64,000 nucleotides of DNA from Flavobacterium sp. (lineage in GTDB: Bacteria > Bacteroidota > Bacteroidia > Flavobacteriales > Flavobacteriaceae), in NCBI GenBank assembly GCA_036386895.1, contig DASVUR010000002.1, forward strand, positions 243 to 64,242, written 5' to 3'. Of this stretch, positions 49,264 through 57,473 are shown piece after piece (within the stretch, counting starts at the first letter, position 1; each line of letters starts with the position of its first letter). The position numbers were made by a program, and so were the translations under genes. The notes under the pieces are model-generated. The model saw only the letters and a list, made by a program, of their open reading frames with translations, did not search any database and was not told the DNA's origin.

Positions 49264-50405
49264 AGTTCGGCCGTTTTGCTGATGATTTGGCTCATTTGGC
49301 TGACCGTGTTGTTCCATGATGTCTTTTCGAGAATTTCGCGATAGTCTGCGTCCAAGGCCAGTTTGTCGGTTTTGCCCAAGGCTTTGTCGATCGCTTCAGT
49401 AAAGTTTTCGGCAGAGTCAACGATAGACACACAGTGGCTGTAATCACGAACTACATCTTTAATTGCTGTAGAAATAATAGGCTTTCCTGCGGCAATGTAT
49501 TCAAGGGTCTTCGTCGGACTGATAAATTTCGTCGCATCGTTTAGTGCAAAAGGCATCATGGCTACTGAAAATGCTTTAAGGTAGTTTGGAAGCACGTTGT
49601 ACGACTTCATACCGAGGTAATGGATATTTTCTAATCTTGGCAGATCATGGTCGCCGATTTTCGCCAAAGGACCAATCATTACAAAGGATACTTCAGGGTT
49701 GATTTTCGCAGTTTGCTCAAGCAACTGAAGATCGATCCGTTCGTCGATTACACCAAAATAACCTACGATAGGCGAAGGAATGTTCGCGATATCGTCCGGA
49801 ATCGACACGCCGTTGAGGGCTTTTGCAAAATGCTCCTGATCGACCGAGCTTGGGAAGCAGTAAACATGGTCATGCAATTGCTTTTTGGACTCATATAACG
49901 ATTTACCACCCGTGAAAATGATATCGGCATTTGAAATTAGAAACTTTTCCTGCTCAAGAAGTTCAGCCGGCGCGCCCTTAAACAAGGTAAGTTCGTCCAT
50001 GCAATCGTAAATAATCGTTCCGAAATTGAATTCAGGTAGCAACGAAACAAACGAAGGCGAATAAAACCAGCCGATATTGATGCTCGTATCGGATACAAAC
50101 TGTGGCAACACGTTCTTAATTTCCGCGATAGACGCTGTCTTTGGCTGCAGAATATGCAAATTTTCGCTAATCTTGTGAAGATTCCCGGTATTGGCTTCTT
50201 CCGGACTATGGGGTATTGGTTCCTCAATAAGAAGTATTTTAAAGTTTTTTGCAAGTCGGCTGATAATGTGCTGCGGGCGTTGGTAAACAAATTCCCATCT
50301 CAGATGGCAAAACACCACCATATCGTAGCCTTCTTTTGAAGAACCTGTTGCGGAAATGCTGTCGTTTTTTGCTGTGATTTTCTCACTGGTTTTGATCTTT
50401 TCCAT
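49260..50405 (-). CDS. GT-B glycosyltransferase (glf-associated)
   Basis: HLRWEFVYQRPQH, YDCMDEL, GYFGVIDERID, SPTKTLEYIAAGKPIIST. Confidence 0.88.
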   Translation of the reverse strand: MEKIKTSEKITAKNDSISATGSSKEGYDMVVFCHLRWEFVYQRPQHIISRLAKNFKILLIEEPIPHSPEEANTGNLHKISENLHILQPKTASIAEIKNVLPQFVSDTSINIGWFYSPSFVSLLPEFNFGTIIYDCMDELTLFKGAPAELLEQEKFLISNADIIFTGGKSLYESKKQLHDHVYCFPSSVDQEHFAKALNGVSIPDDIANIPSPIVGYFGVIDERIDLQLLEQTAKINPEVSFVMIGPLAKIGDHDLPRLENIHYLGMKSYNVLPNYLKAFSVAMMPFALNDATKFISPTKTLEYIAAGKPIISTAIKDVVRDYSHCVSIVDSAENFTEAIDKALGKTDKLALDADYREILEKTSWNNTVSQMSQIISKTAEL

Positions 50406-50502
50406 GTTTGTCTTTTAATTAATATAGTTCGTCGGAGCAGCCTCAAAGGGAACGAGAAGAAGAAGATGGAAATTCGGTTTCTCAAATTACGGCGTCCGAC
50501 TA

Positions 50503-50563
50503 CAAATTTTGGATATTTAACAAAAAATCGGTTTATACAATTCCGTTAAATCCTTGCATTATT
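50503..50563 (-). promoter_or_regulatory. Island regulon promoter of GT-glf
   Basis: Minus strand aataatgcaa-N11-aattgtataa-N22-AAAATTTG. Confidence 0.55.
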
Positions 50564-50619
50564 TTAAGGCTGATGTGCGATTCGCGCGATGTTTACTACT
50601 AAATCCGCGGGAAAGTTGA

Positions 50620-50680
50620 AATTGTACAATGCCACATCATAATTCTATAACTTCTACTTCCTACAAAAAAGCCACTTTTG
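50620..50680 (+). promoter_or_regulatory. Island regulon promoter of the leader/cytidylyltransferase
   Basis: aattgtacaa-N11-aattctataa-N22-CACTTTTG. Confidence 0.6.
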
Positions 50681-50684
50681 TAAA

Positions 50685-50826
50685 GACGCTGCCAGTGCTC
50701 CCGGAAGCGAATCAAAATGCCATAAAATCGAAAAGTTTCAGAGAAAACGGTAGTGCATTCTCGTTACACGGATATCGGAAGCTTTTCACAAGTGGAGTAA
50801 TAAGTCGTTTATTACTCCACTTTTTA
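50685..50826 (+). ncRNA. Candidate ~140-nt structured sRNA or attenuator leader
   Basis: Bounded by a promoter and a 14-bp terminator; internal stem GAAAAGTTTC (50730-39) / GAAGCTTTTC (50778-87) enclosing GAGAA/TTCTC. Confidence 0.4.
50790..50826 (+). terminator. Intrinsic terminator 25 nt upstream of the cytidylyltransferase start
   Basis: AAGTGGAGTAATAA-gtcgt-TTATTACTCCACTT-TTT, perfect 14-bp stem. Confidence 0.75.
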
Positions 50827-50850
50827 TCCAAGAACAATAAACCAACTTAT

Positions 50851-51312
50851 ATGCAAGCAGAAACTACTAAAATAGGAATTACTTTCAGCGCGTTCGACCT
50901 GCTACACGCCGGCCACATTCGGATGCTGGAAGAGGCAAAGACGGTGTGCGACTATCTTATCGTCGGGCTCCAGACTGATCCAACCCTTGACCGCCCGGAG
51001 AAGAACATGCCCACACAATCAGTCGTTGAACGTTATATCCAGCTAAAAGGGTGCAAATTTGTAGATGAAATTGTTCCTTACGCTACCGAGCAGGATCTTG
51101 AAGACATTCTGAAGTCTTTTACCATTCATGTTCGAATAATCGGCGACGAGTATAAAAGCAAGAATTTTACAGGCCGTTCGTACTGTGAAGAAAAAGGAAT
51201 TGAACTTTATTACAACAAAAGAGATCACCGTTTTTCAAGTAGCGGGCTTCGGCGTGAAGTGTATGAGCGAGAGTGCGAAAAACTCAATACCAAACTTACT
51301 ATGGTAAAATAA
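50851..51312 (+). CDS. Glycerol-3-phosphate cytidylyltransferase-like (TagD-like HxGH nucleotidyltransferase)
   Basis: SAFDLLHAGH, IVGLQTD, IIGDEY, RDHRFSSS; start reset to MQAETT. Confidence 0.85.
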   Translation: MQAETTKIGITFSAFDLLHAGHIRMLEEAKTVCDYLIVGLQTDPTLDRPEKNMPTQSVVERYIQLKGCKFVDEIVPYATEQDLEDILKSFTIHVRIIGDEYKSKNFTGRSYCEEKGIELYYNKRDHRFSSSGLRREVYERECEKLNTKLTMVK

Positions 51313-51332
51313 TTATTGATGAATACTATTTG

Positions 51333-51361
51333 AAACGGCGTCCCATGGATGCCGTTTTTTT
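51333..51361 (+). terminator. Intrinsic terminator
   Basis: AAACGGCGTCC-cat-GGATGCCGTTT-TTTT. Confidence 0.8.
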
Positions 51362-51405
51362 ATGCGTCTATGTCAGGTTTTACAGGCTAAACCAATCAAA
51401 ATTGA

Positions 51406-51465
51406 CTTTGTGCAAATTTTGACAAAAATTATGTAAAGCATGGAATACAACGTCATCTAAATTTG
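51406..51465 (+). promoter_or_regulatory. Island regulon promoter of the 11-gene glyco operon
   Basis: ctttgtgcaa-N11-aattatgtaa-N21-TAAATTTG. Confidence 0.6.
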
Positions 51466-51540
51466 TAAGAGAACTAATAATAATTGCTGTTTCGGCTATT
51501 TTTTCTGCATTCGATTGTAGGATTTTTTTGAATCAAAGTA

Positions 51541-52269
51541 ATGCGAAAGCAAATAAACACCATGGCGCAAATTGGCTATAGCGGAATCGCATTGGTAACG
51601 GGTGCGTCAAACGGAATTGGAAAGGCAATTGCGGCACGGCTTGCAGAAGCGGATTTTAATGTGGCTGCGGCCGATGTTGTTCCATTCGAAAATCCACCAC
51701 GGAACATCAATCATTATCAATGCGATGTTTCGGACGGTAAACAGGTAGACGAACTCTACGCCAGAATGAACAGCGAGATCGGACTGCCTGATGTATTGGT
51801 TTTGAATGCCGGAATCGGGATCCACGAGATGCTCACAGAAGGTGATCCCGAAAAATGGTTCAGGGTTATCAATACAAATCTGATTGGTCCGCTGCGGTTC
51901 GTACGTGCATTTGTTCCGCCAATGGTTCAGAAGAAAAGAGGCCATGTCGTCTTTATTTCTTCAGTCGCTGCCGATCAGCCTTATACATATGGCGGAGTCT
52001 ACAGCGCGACCAAAGCAGGATTGGAGCGTATTGCTGAAACACTCCGGCTGGAAACAGCTCCCGATATCAGTGTCACAGTGGTTTCAGCTGGTGTAACCGA
52101 CACAAATTTTTTTGAAAATCAAGTATCGGCAGGAAATACTGTTGAAAGTATCGGAATGGGTGCCATTAAGGCGAAACAAATTGCCGAAGACGTGTTTTAT
52201 GCAATTTCCCGACCGCAGGGCACTGCACTTAATAAAATTATTATCCGTCCGTCAGGACAAACTTTTTAA
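51541..52269 (+). CDS. Short-chain dehydrogenase/reductase
   Basis: TGASNGIG, LNAG, YSATK; start may be 51562. Confidence 0.9.
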   Translation: MRKQINTMAQIGYSGIALVTGASNGIGKAIAARLAEADFNVAAADVVPFENPPRNINHYQCDVSDGKQVDELYARMNSEIGLPDVLVLNAGIGIHEMLTEGDPEKWFRVINTNLIGPLRFVRAFVPPMVQKKRGHVVFISSVAADQPYTYGGVYSATKAGLERIAETLRLETAPDISVTVVSAGVTDTNFFENQVSAGNTVESIGMGAIKAKQIAEDVFYAISRPQGTALNKIIIRPSGQTF

Positions 52270-52280
52270 AACCAAACAAT

Positions 52281-53396
52281 ATGAAAAAAAGAATATTAAT
52301 TACCGGTGGAGCGGGGTTTATAGGATCGCACCTTGCCGATGAACTAATTGAGAAAGGATATGAAGTCCGTGCGCTTGACAATCTCTCGGAACAAGTTCAC
52401 GGTCCGGCGGCGCAACGTCCTGAATATCTAAATCCGCAAGTGGAGCTTATTGTTGGCGATGTGCGCGATAAAGACACTGTAATCGAAGCATTACAGGATG
52501 TAGACGCAGTATTTCACTTTGCAGCAATGGTCGGCGTAGGCCAAAGTATGTACCAGATAAGAGATTATACCGATGTAAACAATGTCGGCACCGCAGTTTT
52601 GCTTGAGGCGCTAACAGAGAATCCTGTCAGCAAACTTGTTGTTGCATCCAGCATGAGCATTTATGGTGAAGGCTTGTACACCAATGGCCATGGCGAATTT
52701 GTTCATGAATGCGATCGTAGGCTGGAAGATCTGAAATCGCAGCGATGGGAACTGTATGATGATGAGCGAGGTATTCTGAAACCGCTTGCAACTCCTGAAA
52801 CGAAAAAGCCAAACCTTTCGTCGGTTTATGCATTGTCGAAGTACGACCAGGAGCGACTTTGCCTGATTACAGGAAAAGCATATAATATCCCGACTACTGC
52901 ATTGCGGTTTTTCAACGTTTACGGAACACGTCAGGCGCTGTCAAACCCATACACAGGCGTGCTAGCGATTTTCGCGTCTCGTCTGTTGAACAATAACGCT
53001 CCGCTAATATTTGAAGACGGCTGTCAGAAGCGCGATTTCGTTCATGTGAAAGATGTTGCCCGGGCGTGCCGTCTGGCGCTCGAAACTCCTGAAGCCGACG
53101 GCGAAGTGTTCAACGTTGGAAGCGGAAACCAATATACGATAGTTGAGATTGCCGAAAAACTTGCAAAAGTCATGGGTAAGAATATAAACGCGCAGCTGAC
53201 AGCAAAATACAGAGTTGGCGATATCCGTCACTGCTTTGCCAACCTTGATAAAGCGAAAGCGATTCTTGGATATGAACCTCAGGTTAATTTTGAAGAAGGC
53301 CTTACCGAACTTGCCGAATGGCTTGAAGGGCAGATTGCTGTTGACAGCGTTTCGCAGGCAACTGAGGAACTTGCAGCGCGAGGTTTAACTGTTTAA
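52281..53396 (+). CDS. NAD-dependent NDP-sugar epimerase/dehydratase (WbiB-like 4-epimerase)
   Basis: TGGAGFIGSH, LDNLSEQVHG, SSMSIYGEG, YALSK, RFFNVYG, RDFVHV. Confidence 0.88.
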   Translation: MKKRILITGGAGFIGSHLADELIEKGYEVRALDNLSEQVHGPAAQRPEYLNPQVELIVGDVRDKDTVIEALQDVDAVFHFAAMVGVGQSMYQIRDYTDVNNVGTAVLLEALTENPVSKLVVASSMSIYGEGLYTNGHGEFVHECDRRLEDLKSQRWELYDDERGILKPLATPETKKPNLSSVYALSKYDQERLCLITGKAYNIPTTALRFFNVYGTRQALSNPYTGVLAIFASRLLNNNAPLIFEDGCQKRDFVHVKDVARACRLALETPEADGEVFNVGSGNQYTIVEIAEKLAKVMGKNINAQLTAKYRVGDIRHCFANLDKAKAILGYEPQVNFEEGLTELAEWLEGQIAVDSVSQATEELAARGLTV

Positions 53397-53405
53397 TTCG
53401 CTACT

Positions 53406-55433
53406 ATGAGAAAAATTTCTGTTAAACCTGATACTTCAAAAATTGGAATAGTCGAGTGGTTCAGGCCGGGCCAATACGATGAAGTGAAACAAACAATAGC
53501 GGATTTTAACGTACTGGGTGTTAGTAAAATACGCACTGGCGTTTCATGGGCGGAATGGCATGTAGAAGGCACGCCGGAATGGTACGATTGGCTGTTTCCC
53601 GAGCTCGCAAAGCACGTCGAGATCCTGCCATGCGTTCTGTACACGCCACCTTCATTGGGCGAAGCCGAACGTGTGTCGGCGCCGCCAAAATACTTAAAAG
53701 CGTATGCCGATTTTATTGACGTGATGATCACGAGATATGGCGACTATTTTGAGTGGATCGAACTATGGAATGAGCCGAACAACATCGTAGAATATGATTT
53801 CACGCTTGATTATTCCTGGAACAAATTTGCAGAAATGATTGGAAACGCTGCCTATTGGGCGCAGCATCGTGGCAAGAAAACGCTATTGGGCGGAATGAGC
53901 CCGATCGATCCCAATTGGCTGCAAACTATGGCGGAAAAGGGGGCATTAACCTGCATCGATGCGATCGGTATACATGGTTTTCCAGAAGTATTCGATCAGC
54001 AATGGTCGGGATGGGAGCTAAATCTTAGGGCGGTCCGCGAAGTACTGGAGCGGAACAACCTGAAGAAAGAACTATGGATTTCTGAAGTGGGTTTCTCGAC
54101 CTGGCAAGGCGACGAAGTCAAGCAATGGGAAGAGTTCAAGAAGGTCATCAATACCGACGCCGACAGAATTTACTGGTACGGGCTTAACGATCTCGATCCA
54201 CAATATCCAACGGTCGCCGGATTCCACCTTGACGATCGAGAGTACTACTTCGGAATGAAAAAATATGATGGGACAGAGAAGCTATTGTATAAATTATTAG
54301 CAAAAGAAGGAATGGAAAATATCAGCAAACACGACTACATCAACAAACAATATTCAGTCGAAACTGACCAAAAATATACACTGATAACCGGCGGCGCAGG
54401 CTTTATAGGAACAAATCTCGCCAGCCGTTTGCTCAGTGAAGGGAAACGGGTGATGGTCTATGATAACCTGTCGCGCGCAGGAGTCGAGCAAAATCTTCAG
54501 TGGCTGAAGGAACAATACGGCGATCGCCTTATCGTCCAGATCGCCGACATCCGTGAGAAGCGTATCCTTGAGGAATCGGTAAAGAATGCCGACCAGGTGT
54601 TCCATTTCTCCGCACAGGTTGCCGTTACGTCGTCACTGACAAACCCGACGCACGATTTTGAGGTAAACATACTGGGGACTTTCAATCTGCTTGAAGCAAT
54701 TCGCAACTCACCAAACCAACCACCGCTTGTGTTTACGTCAACAAACAAAGTGTATGGCGATTTAATGGATCTCGGCCTTCGTACCGACAGCACGCGCTAT
54801 TATCCGGAAAGCGATTACTTTAGAAAACATGGCATAGATGAGTCGCGTCCGTTGGATTTTCACAGTCCGTACGGTTGTTCAAAAGGTGCAGCCGATCAGT
54901 ACGTGCTTGACTACTCCCGTTCATACGGATTAAAAACGGCTGTGTTCAGGATGAGTTGCATCTACGGGCCGCATCAGTTTGGTACGGAAGATCAAGGCTG
55001 GGTCGCACATTTCCTGATCCATGCGCTTGAGGACCGGGCAATTACAATCTATGGCAATGGCAAGCAGGTACGCGATATTCTGTTTGTAGATGATCTTGTG
55101 AATGCATTTGTCCTTGCTCAGCAGAATATCGACAAGATTGCAGGCAATGCGTTCAACATCGGCGGCGGACCAGAAAATACAACCAGCCTGATTGAGATAC
55201 TCGACACCATTAAAGCTAAAACCGGCAAGCAAATGCAGATTTCTTATGAAGAATGGCGTACCGGAGATCAACAGTACTATGTTTCGGATACTACGAAATT
55301 TTCAAAAGCGACCGGCTGGTCTGCGCAGTATTCAGTTTCTGAAGGTGTGGAAGCATTGATGAACTGGCTCTGCGAGTCGCGCGGCATTGAGCTGCCTGAA
55401 AGAAATTCCGTAACTAAAGCTATTGCGATATAA
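53406..55433 (+). CDS. Fusion of a clan GH-A TIM-barrel glycoside hydrolase-like domain and a CDP-paratose 2-epimerase (RfbE)-like extended SDR
   Basis: N-terminal ELWNEP and WISEVG (acid/base and nucleophile Glu); C-terminal TGGAGFIG, DFHSPYGCSKGAADQY, DQGWVAHF; single uninterrupted ORF. Confidence 0.82.
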   Translation: MRKISVKPDTSKIGIVEWFRPGQYDEVKQTIADFNVLGVSKIRTGVSWAEWHVEGTPEWYDWLFPELAKHVEILPCVLYTPPSLGEAERVSAPPKYLKAYADFIDVMITRYGDYFEWIELWNEPNNIVEYDFTLDYSWNKFAEMIGNAAYWAQHRGKKTLLGGMSPIDPNWLQTMAEKGALTCIDAIGIHGFPEVFDQQWSGWELNLRAVREVLERNNLKKELWISEVGFSTWQGDEVKQWEEFKKVINTDADRIYWYGLNDLDPQYPTVAGFHLDDREYYFGMKKYDGTEKLLYKLLAKEGMENISKHDYINKQYSVETDQKYTLITGGAGFIGTNLASRLLSEGKRVMVYDNLSRAGVEQNLQWLKEQYGDRLIVQIADIREKRILEESVKNADQVFHFSAQVAVTSSLTNPTHDFEVNILGTFNLLEAIRNSPNQPPLVFTSTNKVYGDLMDLGLRTDSTRYYPESDYFRKHGIDESRPLDFHSPYGCSKGAADQYVLDYSRSYGLKTAVFRMSCIYGPHQFGTEDQGWVAHFLIHALEDRAITIYGNGKQVRDILFVDDLVNAFVLAQQNIDKIAGNAFNIGGGPENTTSLIEILDTIKAKTGKQMQISYEEWRTGDQQYYVSDTTKFSKATGWSAQYSVSEGVEALMNWLCESRGIELPERNSVTKAIAI

Positions 55434-56446
55434 TGGAAACAGTCATTTTTCCAAAAACTACTGAAAGTAATTTTCCAGAAATTCAAACGATAAAAGCCGC
55501 TGTTCTCGTTGCCCCGAAGCAAATTGAGGTGCGCGATGTGGCAATGCCTGCACCCAAAACCGGCGAAATTCGTGTAAAACTTGAAGGCTGCGGCGTTTGT
55601 GCATCAAACATCCCCGTTTGGGAAGGCCGTGAATGGTTTTCATATCCTGTTTCCGGGGGAAATCCCGGACATGAAGGCTGGGGAACTGTCGAGGCAATAG
55701 GCGAGGGCGTAATTGGAGTCACCGTGGGTGAACGGATAGCCTGTTTGTCGTACAACGCCTACGCTGAATATGACATTGCAAAGGCTTCCGAAATTGTAAA
55801 ACTTCCGGCTTTTCTTGATGGCAAGCCTTTTCCGGGCGAGCCTTTAGGCTGTGCAATGAATATTTTTAATCGATGCGACATTCAACCCGGACAAACGGTA
55901 GCCATTATCGGCGCCGGATTTTTAGGCGTGCTTCTTGTCCAGCTTGCTAAATCGGCTGGAGCCAATGTAATTGCAGTATCGCAACGGGCGTTTTCACTAG
56001 AAACGGCAGCAAAGGCTGGAGCCGACCATCTTGTGCCAATGGACGATCATTACCGGATTATAGAAAAAGTAGGCGAACTCACAAACGGAAAGTTCTGCGA
56101 ACGCGTGATTGAAGTTACAGGCAAAGAATGGCCGCTGAATTTGTCAATTGAACTTACAGCAGAGCGTGGGCGACTGATCGTGGCAGGATTCCACCAGGAC
56201 GGATTGCGTCAGGTAAATATGCAACTGCTGAACTGGCGGGGAATTGACCTGATTAATGCGCATGAACGCGATCCGAAACAATATGTCCAGGGAATGCGCG
56301 ACGCAATAACAGCAATTGAAGCCGGCAAGATGGATCCATTTCCATTCTTCACGCACAGTTATCCGCTTGAAGACGCGCAGGAGGCATTCGAGCATTTGAG
56401 AAGCAGACCCGACGGATTTATAAAAGCACTTTTAATCAACCAGTAA
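55433..56446 (+). CDS. Zn-dependent medium-chain dehydrogenase (no structural-Zn lobe)
   Basis: GVCAS, GHEG, GEPLGC, GAGFLG; no Cys4 cluster. Confidence 0.85.
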   Translation: METVIFPKTTESNFPEIQTIKAAVLVAPKQIEVRDVAMPAPKTGEIRVKLEGCGVCASNIPVWEGREWFSYPVSGGNPGHEGWGTVEAIGEGVIGVTVGERIACLSYNAYAEYDIAKASEIVKLPAFLDGKPFPGEPLGCAMNIFNRCDIQPGQTVAIIGAGFLGVLLVQLAKSAGANVIAVSQRAFSLETAAKAGADHLVPMDDHYRIIEKVGELTNGKFCERVIEVTGKEWPLNLSIELTAERGRLIVAGFHQDGLRQVNMQLLNWRGIDLINAHERDPKQYVQGMRDAITAIEAGKMDPFPFFTHSYPLEDAQEAFEHLRSRPDGFIKALLINQ

Positions 56447-56447
56447 A

Positions 56448-57473
56448 ATGACATTAACAGATCAGCAACAGGAAACAAAAGCACTGGCACTTGGCTTTAT
56501 AGGTGTGGGATGGATTGGCAGAAACCGTATGGAAGTCCTTGTCAACAGCGGGAAAGCAACGGCGGCGGCAATATCCGAACCCTATACGGAAAACGCAAAT
56601 GCTGCTCTTGAAACTGCTCCTGAAGCACACATTTTGGATAATCCCGAGCTTATTTATTTAAATTCCAGTCTTGATGGCGTGGTAATCGCAACTCCGAGTG
56701 CGCTTCATGCCGAACAATCAAAGAGTGCACTGGATTCAGGAAAAGCGGTGTTTTGCCAGAAGCCTCTTGGCCGTACGGCTGCTGAAGTCCGCGATGTCGT
56801 TAACGCTTCAAAATCGGCAAATAAACTTCTTGGGGTCGATCTTTCTTACCGTTATACTAAAGCCTTCAACTCAGTTTATAATGTTGTTGCAGGTGGTCAG
56901 ATAGGGAAAATATTTGCGGTCGACCTCATATTCCACAATGCCTATGGTCCTGACAAAGAGTGGTTTTACGATATAAAACGATCGGGCGGCGGCTGCGTGA
57001 TGGACCTCGGAATCCATTTAGTTGATTTGGCGCTTTGGTCTTTGGGTTTCCCCGATGTAACTAAAGTCGACAGCCATCTGTTCAGCAAAGGACGTAAGCT
57101 TGCACCGAATGAGGAGCAGGTAGAAGATTTTGCCAAAGTTTCTATGTTGACAGGCGACCACACATCGATCAGCCTTAAATGTTCATGGAACGTATCGGCC
57201 GGACAAGATGCCGTGATCGAAGCACGATTCTACGGAACTGGCGGTGGCGCTGCTTTTAGAAATATCAATGGTTCGTTTTACGACTTTCAAGCTGAAAGAT
57301 ACAACGGAACCCAAACCGAAATACTTGCCTCGCCGCCGGATGACTGGAGTGGCCGTGCAGGAGTTGTTTGGGCCGAAAGAATATTGAACGGAACCGGATT
57401 CGATGCTGAAACAGCAACAGAATTTATAAAAACCGCTGAGGTCATCGACCGCATCTATGGAAGGCGGATTTAA
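56448..57473 (+). CDS. Gfo/Idh/MocA-family oxidoreductase
   Basis: GFIGVGWIG, IATPSALH, FCQKP, GGGCVMDLGIHLVD. Confidence 0.9.
   Translation: MTLTDQQQETKALALGFIGVGWIGRNRMEVLVNSGKATAAAISEPYTENANAALETAPEAHILDNPELIYLNSSLDGVVIATPSALHAEQSKSALDSGKAVFCQKPLGRTAAEVRDVVNASKSANKLLGVDLSYRYTKAFNSVYNVVAGGQIGKIFAVDLIFHNAYGPDKEWFYDIKRSGGGCVMDLGIHLVDLALWSLGFPDVTKVDSHLFSKGRKLAPNEEQVEDFAKVSMLTGDHTSISLKCSWNVSAGQDAVIEARFYGTGGGAAFRNINGSFYDFQAERYNGTQTEILASPPDDWSGRAGVVWAERILNGTGFDAETATEFIKTAEVIDRIYGRRI

Noticed and set aside
50629-50850. 74-codon N-terminal extension of the cytidylyltransferase in the ORF track
   Set aside because: The ATG lies upstream of the predicted promoter and the extension has no homologous character; noted only as an alternative in the leader-RNA finding.
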